Below, in pieces: positions 11,074 through 22,000 of a stretch of 64,000 nt of DNA (positions are counted from its first letter, which is position 1; each line of letters opens with the position of its first letter). The notes beneath the pieces were generated by a model. It was not told the origin of the DNA, did no database searches, and saw nothing but the letters and a program-made list of their open reading frames with translations. The stretch lies in the NCBI GenBank assembly GCA_002269645.1, contig NIVC01001403.1, positions 1-64,000 on the forward strand, in the 5' to 3' direction. Source of the stretch: Macrostomum lignano (taxonomy: Eukaryota). The position numbers and the translations under genes are program-made.

Positions 11074-14000
11074 ATGGTAATATACGAAATTAACTGACAT
11101 GTTTTTATTTTAGTGCCTATATTGTTGTGCTGCTTTCATAGTTTGTCTTTTTATAAATTCTGCATACTATTAACTATTTTGAATATTGCATTGCTACAAT
11201 TATATTGCTTCCATTTCACCTTTTATATACTATTATTAGTAGTTATAGTTGCTGTATATTTTTGACTATTGCTTTGATACATTGCTTCTATAAAATCTTT
11301 TTTCACATGCCATTACCAGTAGTATTTGCTGTTCACTTTGCTACCTTTCTTCTATAACTCACATTTTTTTAACTTTGTTGTCTGCATATTACTAGCATTT
11401 TTCTTCATATTTGTGCTACTCATTGCCTTGTTTATTACAAATTTATGTGTGAATACAACTTATTTTGCCTGACAATTATTGCCTTTACTTTACTTATGCA
11501 TTTTGAGCAATTTACTCACGCCAAAAATTTCATATTTATGTTTGTAAAATTTTTGTTTTTTGTAACTTGCTGTCAGGGAAAGCAGCTGAAACAGTGCATT
11601 AATAATAGTATGATACTGTACGATAGTTCTAATAGTTACTCATTTTTCTTAGAAAACTCTAGTTCAAATCCGCGCTAAAAATGAATCTTTTGTTTAAATG
11701 TTGTAAGTTGCAAAAATATTTTTCACAATTATTATTTGTTTGAAATGATGAGAGGCTTTGGTATAAATAAAAGCCCCAAGTAGGCCAAGAAGACAACTTG
11801 CTTGTTTGTATGCTTTAGCAGCAAAGCTTTCAATAGCTAAAACTTAATAGGAAAATTGTTCAAGTGACTTATTCATTTCTATAGTAAAAACCCCTATATT
11901 GGGAGAGTTCAAGACCACTAAAAGTGAGAATTCGCCTCAAGGCAGTAATTATAAATTCGCCTCAATGCAGAAGAATCGCCTCATAGCGAGAGAAAACCAC
12001 CTCAGGGCAGGAAAAATATAAAGCTATGACCCTCTGATCTTGGGAATGCTAGGACTGAGAGAATAATATCTTTAGAAGGGTATAGGAATAGGATAAATAG
12101 TGCCTAAAGACCACTCAGGCCAGAAAGTACAATAGAAGTATAGACACTACCAATAAAAGTACATACACTACCAATAGAAGTACAGACGCTACCAATAGAA
12201 GTATATGCGCTATTAGTAAAAGGCAAGTATTAACCAGCAATATTAACAAGAAGGAATAAGCCCTGTTATAACTTTGGTGGCATTGTAGAATTATTTATAA
12301 GGACAGAAGTAAACCCTAGGACATGTCAAATAATGAAAAATTTGATTTTGGAAGTGGGTCAAATTTGAATATTTACTTTAAAAAACAATATTTTTCAATG
12401 CTTTCAATACTGACAATAGGCATTCTACTTGAAATCTAAATCTTGGACTTCTTAGTCTAAATGCCCATCATCATCATGGAGGCTTAGTAAGCCTATAGGC
12501 CTAGAATTTTAAACAATGAAAAATTTGATTTCAAAGTGGGTCAAATTCAAAAAGGCCTACAAATGTCAAATATTTGAAAAACAATGTTTTTTTTAATAGG
12601 CCTACTTTTATTTTTTTTTTTTGAATTTGAATATCCCATATGTGGGTATAATGTACTAATATATAATAATAATATTATCAAAAAAATATTAATACTAGGC
12701 CCTAAAAGTTTTTTTTATAATAAACTAAAAAATCAATAAAACATAGGCCTAGCAATAACATAATTTTTTGGCTTTAGGCCCAATTGTTAATTAAGGCTAG
12801 GGATCCATGGCCCAATTGCCTATACCATACCCTTAGCCTTAGGCTACAACTCTAAGGGTCAGACAAGATCTCAATCTAAATAGGCCTAGGCCTAATCTCA
12901 ATTTTCAAGATCTTGGCACTTTTCTCAATCTCAATCTAATATCTAAGTTTTAAAATCTCGAAAAAATGCAAGATTTGTGACAACGTGACTAGGCCTATAC
13001 TCTACCGCCCGCCCCCACCACCACCCCACCTGGATCTGTTACACCACTGAGTCTGACTAAGCCCCTACTAAATTAAAACAGTAATTCCAGGACCCAGGCC
13101 TAACCGAATGTATTGTGCTTGTACGTCGTAGTTGTAGGCCTGACTTACTTACCATTACCAATACAAGACTGACCAGCATTGTAAACTGTGCATCGCATGA
13201 CGCATCGCCTGTTATTGCCATTGGCAAAGCAGGTTGTCATGTTTAACAGTTAACTGGTCAATCAACTACCTAAGATAGTTAGCCAAAAATACAAAGCAGT
13301 ATAACTCGTCCGTCCGTCTATTTGTCGGCGCTACCTGTATGGCTGTATTGGGTTACGCGTTTTTTATATAAACAACACGAAAACAGTCAAAAGTACTTTT
13401 CTGGCACTTTTACGGTTTACAACCATGTTTGAAACAAAATTTACATATTTTTAAATTGCAAAGATTAATAAAAGTAACTTTACTTAAAAATGTTAGTGAA
13501 AATTGCGTTTTTAAGTGTTGCATTAATTAAAAAATAAGCCAGACAAATCTTGTTTTAGCTTCACTAGCAATATTCGGAAAGTAAGGTCAAGCAATTTTTT
13601 AACGAATTGTCGAACTTCAATTTCGTTTACAAATTCAACTGCAATGCAGTAATTTCGTCTGATTTAAATCTTTTTGCCCTAAGCTTTATTCTCAAACATT
13701 TCCAAACACTTGGTTTATTTTTGGATAGTTATAGATTTAATTTACAATCCATTCTTTAAAATGTATCATTGAGTGTTTTGTAAAATTCAAGCTACCTGCC
13801 TACATCAACTACAAATTACACCAGTGCTGTATCAGGCTTTGGATTTAGAGACTTACGGAGAAAAAATTGTACTGATTTACATACCACAAAAAATAAGCAC
13901 ACATTGTATTAGTAAAAACTAAAGGCAAATAAAGGCAAGGCAAGGGCAGGCAATTATAAGGCAATAAGAAGAATATTTGCACCTCTAGCATTTGTGATTG

Positions 14001-14595
14001 TGAAACAAACCAATAAAGATATTTGGCCTTAAGTTGCGATAGGATTTATAAAATTATTTAATGCATATGGTATCATTTTACAGCCTAAAATGCTTTCATG
14101 CTAGATAAGACACTACCATATAAGCGTGGTCCAATGCAATATGCATAATTGCAGAACTTTCAGGATCAAATTTTTTTTTTCATTGGAAGTTAATTTTTTT
14201 TAAAAAAAAGAAAATTTCACTACTACAGTTCGCGCATGCACAATAATACTTGAATTTCTTCTCACTAAGGACACTTTGCACGAGCCTATTGTTCATGCTT
14301 ATTCACTAAATTATGAATGATATACCTCAAAATGGGTTTGAGTGACACTTTAAAATATTTTTATTAGTAAAAGCTTTGTTCAATAGTATAGCCGCATGGC
14401 ACTTAATATTTCCTCTAAAAGCTTCAGTTTTCTTACGTTACTTTCTGCTTTAAGAGCATGCAATTAGCCTTTATTGCACATTTTAACTTCCTGTTCTATC
14501 CAAAAACTTTCGCTATGTTAAGCATGCTGCATATAATAATCGTTTTTTGTTCATAACAGCGAACAACTGAGTAAGTGCCGAGAGCGAAGGTTCCC

Positions 14596-15444
14596 ATGTC
14601 GTCAAGATCCGGTCACCGGCACTCCCCAGCCTGCAGCCCAGAAGTGCTTCTGGCCCTCAAATCGCAGTCGCGCAGTCTCTCGCTCAACCGGAAGCGTCTG
14701 CTCGAAGCTCCACCGGAAGCCAGCAGGCTGACCTTCCTGGCCCGCCTGGACCTGTCCTGCAACCAGCTCCGCGACCTGCCGCTGGTCCTGGAAAGCCTCG
14801 AGCTGCTGCAGCACCTCAACCTGTCAGCCAATCAGTTCTCCGACCTTCCCCTCGTGCTGGCGTCCTTCTCCCGGCTGCAGTACCTCAACTTGTTCAACAA
14901 CCGACTCTGCCGCCTGGAACCGGCCGTGCTGGGCTGCCTGACGAGCCTGCGGACCCTCAATCTGAACTCGAACTCGCTCGCCTCGCTGCCCGCCGAGATT
15001 TGTCGCCTACAGCGGCTCACAACTTTGGCGGCGAATCGAAATCAGCTGACCAGCCTCCCCGTGGAGCTGTGCGCACTCGAGCACCTGCAAGTCCTGCACC
15101 TGGCCTACAATCAGCTCACCGCCTTGCCGCTGGAGTTCGGCTGCCTGGCATCGCTGCGAGTTCTGCAGCTGCAGCGAAACTGCCTGACTGAACTGCCGGA
15201 ATCTGCGGCCCGCCTGCACCACCTGGAGTATCTGGACGTCGCCTGCAACCAGCTGCAACTGCTGCCGGCCAGGTTTGGCGAGCTCAACCTCAGAGAGTTT
15301 TATTACGAGAGAAACCCGCTAATCCGGCGGGACCCAGTGCACAGCACCCAAGAGCAGGAGGCGCTCGGCCTCAAGGAGCTCTGCGCTCGGGCTGTCATGC
15401 AGGAGCTGCGAAGTCGCGCCTCACCTTTGCGCGATCAACTCAAG
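14596..15444 (+). CDS. LRRC69: Leucine-rich repeat protein LRRC69-like, exon 1
   Basis: ATG at 14596. About 8 LxxLxLxxNxL repeats, then LKELCARAV. Donor AAG|GTTGGC at 15445, phase 0. Confidence 0.85.
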
Positions 15445-15491
15445 GTTGGCGTTTGGGTCAATTCTTCACTTGAGTTTTATCAACATCTCTG

Positions 15492-16810
15492 CCGTAGCCT
15501 TCACCACACCTGTATTCTTCGTTAAGTCCCTACCGTAGCCTTAACCACACCTGTACCATCGATAAGTCCCTACCGTAGCCTTAACCACACCTGTACCATC
15601 GTTAAGTCCCTACCGTAGCCTTAACCACACCTGTACCTTCGTTAACGTCTCTAGCGTAGCCTTAACCACACCTGTACTTTTGTTAACGTCTCTAGCGTAG
15701 TTTTAACCACACCTGTACCTTCGCTAACGTCTCTAGCGTAGCCTTAACCACACCTGTACCTTCGTTAACGTCTCTAGCGTAGCCTTAACCACACCTGTAC
15801 TTTTGTTAACGTCTCTAGCGTAGCCTTAACCACACCTGTACCTTCGCTAACTTCTCTACCGTAGCCTTAACCACACCTGTACTTTTGTTAACGTCTCTAG
15901 CGTAGCCTTAACCACACCTGTACCTTCGCTAACTTCTCTACCGTAGCCTTAACCACACCTGTACCTTCGTTAACGTCTCTAGCGTAGCCTTAACCACAGC
16001 TGTACCTTTGTTAACGTCTCTAGCGTAGCCTTAACCACGCCTGTACCTTCGTTAACGTCTCTAGCGTAGCCTTAACCACACCTGTACCTTCGTTAACGTC
16101 TCTAGCGTAGCCTTAACCACACCTGTACCTTCGTTAACGTCTCTAGCGTAGCCTTAACCACACCTGTACCTTCGTTAACGTCTCTAGCGTAGCCTTAACC
16201 ACACCTGTACCTTCGTTAACGTCTCTAGCGTAGCCTTAACCACACCTGTACCTTCGTTAACGTCTCTAGCGTAGCCTTAACCACACCTGTACCTTCGTTA
16301 ACGTCTCTAGCGTAGCCTTAACCACACCTGTACCTTCGTTAACGTCTCTAGCGTAGCCTTAACCACACCTGTACCTTCGTTAACGTCTCTAGCGTAGCCT
16401 TAACCACACCTGTACCTTCGTTAACGTCTCTAGCGTAGCCTTAACCACACCTGTACCTTCGTTAACGTCTCTAGCGTAGCCTTAACCACGCCTGTACCTT
16501 CGTTAACGTCTCTAGCGTAGCCTTAACCACACCTGTACCTTCGTTAACGTCTCTAGCGTAGCCTTAACCACACCTGTACCTTCGTTAACGTCTCTAGCGT
16601 AGCCTTAACCACACCTGTACCTTCGTTAACGTCTCTAGCGTAGCCTTAACCACACCTGTACCTTCGTTAACGTCTCTAGCGTAGCCTTAACCACACCTGT
16701 ACCTTCGTTAACGTCTCTAGCGTAGCCTTAACCACGCCTGTACCTTCGTTAACGTCTCTAGCGTAGCCTTAACCACCCCTGTACTTTCTTAACGTCTCTA
16801 CCGTAGCCTT
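15492..16810. repeat. 41-bp intronic minisatellite (cgtagccttaaccacacctgtaccttcgttaacgtctctag), about 32 copies
   Basis: Near-perfect 41-bp period inside the LRRC69 intron; no unique spacers. Confidence 0.95.
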
Positions 16811-17060
16811 GATAACGTTACACGCTACATGTTTGTCGTAGCCTTAATAACACGTACTCTGCACCCTTGGAGACATCACAACCGTTACCACAATCACACT
16901 TTTAAACTAAAATTCTTAATAATAAAATTTACCGCTTCCCGCGACGTAACTTTGTGACGTTTACGCGACGTTGCCGCGACGAAGTGTGTTACTAGGGAAC
17001 AGGCTCATTAATCCACAAAACCATTTAAAACAAGCTCCCAAAATCCCGGCTCTCCCCCAG

Positions 17061-17354
17061 GCTTACCCGCAGCTCCGGGAGCAGCTGTCCCAGTGCAGTC
17101 GCTGCGCGGTGTGCGGCGGCGCCTTCCTCAACACTTGGCTGGAGTGCGTCCGCTTCGAGCCGTTCAGCCCGTCCGGTCGGATGAGCAAAGCCGGCGAAGA
17201 TGTCGGCGACGGAGAGTTCGGAGGCAGCGACGACGGTGAGCAGCGGCAGCAGCAGCAGCAGCAGCCAATTCGCTGGCTCCCCATCCGGGCTCTGGTTTGC
17301 AGCTACAAGTGCTTCAATGCTCAGTCTGAGTTCTATGGACTCGCTTTTCTGTGA
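17061..17354 (+). CDS. LRRC69: LRRC69-like, exon 2 (Cys-rich C-terminus)
   Basis: Acceptor ctcccccag|GCT, phase 0. CAVCGGAFLNTWLECVRF...LVCSYKCF matches the LRRC69 C-terminus as I recall it. Stop TGA at 17352-17354. Confidence 0.85.
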   Translation, partial: AYPQLREQLSQCSRCAVCGGAFLNTWLECVRFEPFSPSGRMSKAGEDVGDGEFGGSDDGEQRQQQQQQPIRWLPIRALVCSYKCFNAQSEFYGLAFL

Positions 17355-17419
17355 GAGAACTGCTTAAGCTGGGACTGTTAGGACTGGTCTGGGAGACTCT
17401 GCAGGCCTCGAAGTGATAG

Positions 17420-18062
17420 CAAGGAAGCACCAGGTGGAAATACCTGCCCACTAACAAGGGAAGTCTTCCGTGAAGCACCAGGTGGAAATACCTGCCCACT
17501 AACAGGGGAAGTCTTCCGTGAAGCACCAAGTGAAAACACCTGTCCACTAACAGGGGAAGTCTTCCGTGAAGCACCAGGTGAAAACACCTGTCCACTAACA
17601 GGGGAAGTCTTCCGTGAAGCACCAGGTGAAAACAACTGTCCACTAACAGGGGAAGTCTTCCGTGTGAAGCACCAGGTGAAAACAACTGTCCATCAACAGA
17701 GAAAGTCTTCCGTGAAGCACCAAGTGAAAACACCTGTCCACTAACAAGGGAAGTCTTCCGTGAAGCACCAGGTGAAAATACCTGTCCACTAACAGGGGAA
17801 GTCTTCCGTGAAGCACCAGATGAAAACACCTGTCCACTAACAGGGGAAGTCTTCCGTGAAGCACCAGATGAAAACACCTGTCCACTAACAGGGGAAGTCT
17901 TCCGTGAAGCACGAGGTGAAAACACCTGTCCACTAACAGGGGAAGTCTTCCGTGAAGCACCAGGTGAAAACACCTGTCCATTAACAGGGGAAGTCTTCCG
18001 TGAAGCACCAAGTGAAAACACCTGTCCATTAACAGGGAAAGTCTTCCGTGAAGCACCAGGTG
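17420..18062. repeat. 48-bp minisatellite with internal palindromes, about 13 copies
   Basis: Unit gaagcaccaggtgaaaacacctgtccactaacaggggaagtcttccgt, containing CAGGTG-aaaa-CACCTG and GGAAG-t-CTTCC. Confidence 0.92.
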
Positions 18063-18703
18063 ACGAACCCTATTCGTAAATTTAGCCACTGGAAGCGGAA
18101 AAATGTCCAAACAGATTTTCAAAACACTTTTTTGCGATTTTTATAGCACCATGATATTTAACGAGTCCAATCATTCTGTGATTTTGACTTGCAAAACGAT
18201 AGAGAGAAACTTTTTAATGCCCTGGCATATAGCTACTGACAGTAGAAAATATTATCTTTAGACTTTATTACTTAAATAAAGTTTATTGTTTTCATATCGG
18301 CATTCGAAAAGCAGTTTTACACGAACAAAGTACTTTAATAAAACTGACGGAATACAACAAGCTTTAATTGATATCAAGACTCAATTTATATATATTTCTA
18401 AAAAAAACAGCTTGTAAAAATAAATGCTTCTTTTTTAAATTTACTATTCTCGGCTTCAGATGTCTTTTTTGCTTTTTTATTACAACAGTGGGAAAATATT
18501 TTTTTCAAAAAAAATTCGTTTAATCGAGACCAGCTGGGACTCAATGTTTTGCAATGCTCAATCAAGATATTTTTTTAATGCTACTCAAAGTAGTCTGTTT
18601 AAACTTTGTGTATTTTTTTGAAATTCAATCTTAAAAAATTCAGGTCCTCAGGTGTAGTCCGGTGTCTGTTTTGAGTAGTCACGAAGGCCGGTGCAGTTTG
18701 AGT

Positions 18704-18887
18704 TCAAGGAATTCGAACTGCCAGTTGCTCGCCGCGCTGCTGCTGGTCAGAGGCGGCGTGAACCCTGCTCAGATTGGCCTTGATGAGGCTGAGAATCTGA
18801 GGTTTTAAGGAGATGGCTCGATGGATTAAAGGAAGTGACAAATGGCAGGCATAAACAGACAGACAGACAGGCAAACAGACAGACAGG

Positions 18888-18924
<37 letters not shown>

Positions 18925-18944
18925 GGACAGGCAGACAGACAGGA

Positions 18945-18977
<33 letters not shown>

Positions 18978-19044
18978 CACAGACAGACAGACAGACAGGC
19001 AAACAGACAGACAGACAGACAGACGGACAGGCAGACAGACAGGA

Positions 19045-19081
<37 letters not shown>

Positions 19082-22000
19082 CACAGACAGACACACAGAC
19101 AGACAGACACACAGACACACAGACAGACAGACAGACAGACAGACACACAGACAGACAGACAGACAGACAGACAGACCTTGGTGCCATAGACAGTCAGCAG
19201 TGTCGCAGTGGAGCCCACAAGGTTGTGCGGCAGGAGGAAGCGCAGGCAGACGGCCAGAGAGCCCAGGACCATGGTGTTGTACACGCTGATGCCAATCTGC
19301 TTGCTGTCGTTCAGAGCCTCGATGTGCACCGAGCGAGTTTCCCAAGCGAAGAAAATTCCAAACAGAAGCACCACGCCTGGAATTGCCGGGGCTCGGGGGG
19401 GGGGGAGTTATCAGAGTTTCTGGAAAGTCTCTGAAAGCCAGTTTCAGACACGAGTTGCTGGGCTGCCTGATGCCTCATGGGGGATTGCTGAGATGCCTGA
19501 TGCCTCATGGGGGATTGCTGAGATGCCTGATGCCTCATGGGGGATTGCTGAGATGCCTGATGCCTCATGGGGGATTGCTGAGATGCCTGATGCCTCATGG
19601 GGGGATTGCTGAGATGCCATGATGACTCATGGGGGGAATTGCTGAGATGCCATGGCTCCACATGGGGGATAGCAAAGATGCCTGGCTCACAGGGGGAATT
19701 GCTGAGATGCCATGATGACTCATTGGGGGAATTGCTGAGACAATTGATGCCTCATGAGGGGATTGCTGAGATGCCATGGCCCATGGCTCACAGGGGGGAA
19801 TTGCTGAGATAATTGATGCCTCATGAGGGGATTGCTGAGATGCCATGGCTCACAGGGGGGAATTGCTGAGATGCCATATGGCTCACAGGGGGGAATTGCG
19901 GAGACGCCATGGTGACTGATGGGGGAATTTCTGAGACGCCATGATGACTCATTGGGGGAATTGCTGAGATTTCAAGCGCACGTGCACCTACACCAACTTA
20001 TCCTACCTTTAATTCCGATGAGAATGCTAACCCAGATGCTGAAGTGTTCCGAGTGGCATTCCACTACTGTGTGCGAGTATACCACGCCTTTGACTCTGTC
20101 ATCGTCCTTTGGAGCAGAGGCGTTCGCGGCAAGCTGGGTATATTTTGTTTAGCTATATAATTACTTCAGAGAGCTGCGATCATGGTTACCTCAGAGCCAG
20201 CGTCGAGTATGACTTCCTTGAGGGGATCCAGGAGCATCCAGGCTGTCAGGATGATCAGGTCCATCAGCAGTAGAAGAGCAACGGGAAGCATCAAATGCCA
20301 GTCCTTGATCACCTGGCCAATGGAGCATCATTAAATGTGAATTGTTATGCTGTCCCCCTCACACTCACCCATCATTTTTTCATCCTAACCTATCATCATT
20401 TTGTCATCCTCAGTGATCAGTTTTTCATCCTCAGTCATCAGTTTGTCATCCTCACTCATAATCAGTTTGTCATCCTCAGTCATCAGTTTGTCATCCTCAG
20501 TCATCAGTTTGTCATCCTCAGTCATCAGCTTGTCAACCTCACTCATAATCAGTTTGTCATCCTCAGTCATCAGTTTGTCATCCTCAGTCATCAGTTTGTC
20601 ATCCTCAGTCATCAGTTTGTCATCCTCAGTCATCAGTTTGTCATCCTCAGTCATCAGTTTGTCAACCTCAGTCATCAGTTTGTCATCCTTAGTCATCAGT
20701 TTGTCATCCTCAGTCATCAGTTTGTCATCCTCAGTCATCAGTTTGTCATCCTCAGTCATGAGTTTGTCATCCTCAGTCATCAGTTTGTCAACCTCACTCT
20801 CTAACCAGGCCATCTGCGCCCGAGTTCAGATAAAACTGCAGCCCCAGCGCACCACAGATTTGCTCCTCCTGTTGGTGAACACCGCGTGCACTCGCCAGGT
20901 TTTGGCGAACATCGCGCCGAACGCGGCAGAGTAGCCGAGCGCCAGACAGTAGGCGATGGAGCCGCACTGGGCGACCCGGCTGCTTCCATCCGAGGAACTC
21001 GGTAGCCGAGCACGCAGCCCAGCGCGATGCACAGGTTCACGTTTGGCGAGCTCATTTTGATCAGCTTGACGTGGCGATAGCGGAGGCTCACACAGACGGA
21101 GGCGGCGGTCAGGCCGATGCCGACAGAGGCCAAGCCGACGACGGAGTGGGCCGCCGTGACAGACACGGTCTTCAGCAGCTGCACCTTCACCGCCGAGTCC
21201 ACTGGGGGCGAATTGCCTGCAATCATTTTCAGACAAAACTCGTCTTAACAGAAATGTGGAGCTGAGTGGGTTTGGAATTGAGGGGAATTTGGAATTGAGA
21301 GGAATGTGGAGTTGAGGGGAATGTAGAGTTGAGGGGAATATAAAGTTGAAGGGGAATGTGGAGTTAAGGGGAATGTGGAGTTGAGGGGAATATAGAGTTG
21401 AGGGGAATGTGGAGTTGAAGGGGAATGTGGAGTTGAAGGGGAATGTGGAGTTGAAGGGGAATGTGGAGTTAAGGGGAATGTGGAGTTGAGGGGAATGTAG
21501 AGTTGAGGGGAATGTAGAGTTGAAGGGGAATGTGGAGTTAAGGGGAATGTGGAGTTGAGGGGAATGTAGAGTTGAGGGGAATGTAAAGTTGAGGGGAATG
21601 TAGAGTTGAGGGGAATGTAAAGTTGAGAGGAATGTAGAGTTGAGGGGAATGTAGAGTTGAGGGGAATGTAAAGTTGAGGGGAATGTGGAGTTGAAGGGGA
21701 ATGTGGAGTTGAAAGGGGAATGTGGAGTTGAAGGGGAATGTAGAGTTGAGGGGAATGTGGAGTTGAGGGGAATGTGGAGTTGAAGGGGAATGTGGAGTTG
21801 AAGGGGAATGTGGAGTTGAAGGGGAATGTAGAGTTGAGGGGAATGTGGAGTTGAAGGGGAATGTGGAGTTGAAGGGGAATGTAGAGTTGAGGGGAATGTA
21901 GAGTTGAGGGGAATGTAGAGTTGAAGGGGAATGTGGAGTTGAGGGGAATGTGAAGTTGAGGGGAATGTAGAGTTGAGGGGAATGTGGAGTTGAAGGGGAA

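Noticed and set aside
11100-14500. LTR of the Gypsy element or a hidden gene in the AT-rich interval
   Set aside because: No second LTR copy, PBS or PPT recognised by eye; only short local repeats (about 11930-12210, 12330/12515) and no credible ORF.
15492-18062. 41-bp and 48-bp arrays as CRISPR arrays
   Set aside because: Contiguous units with no unique spacers, no cas genes, eukaryotic intronic/UTR context.
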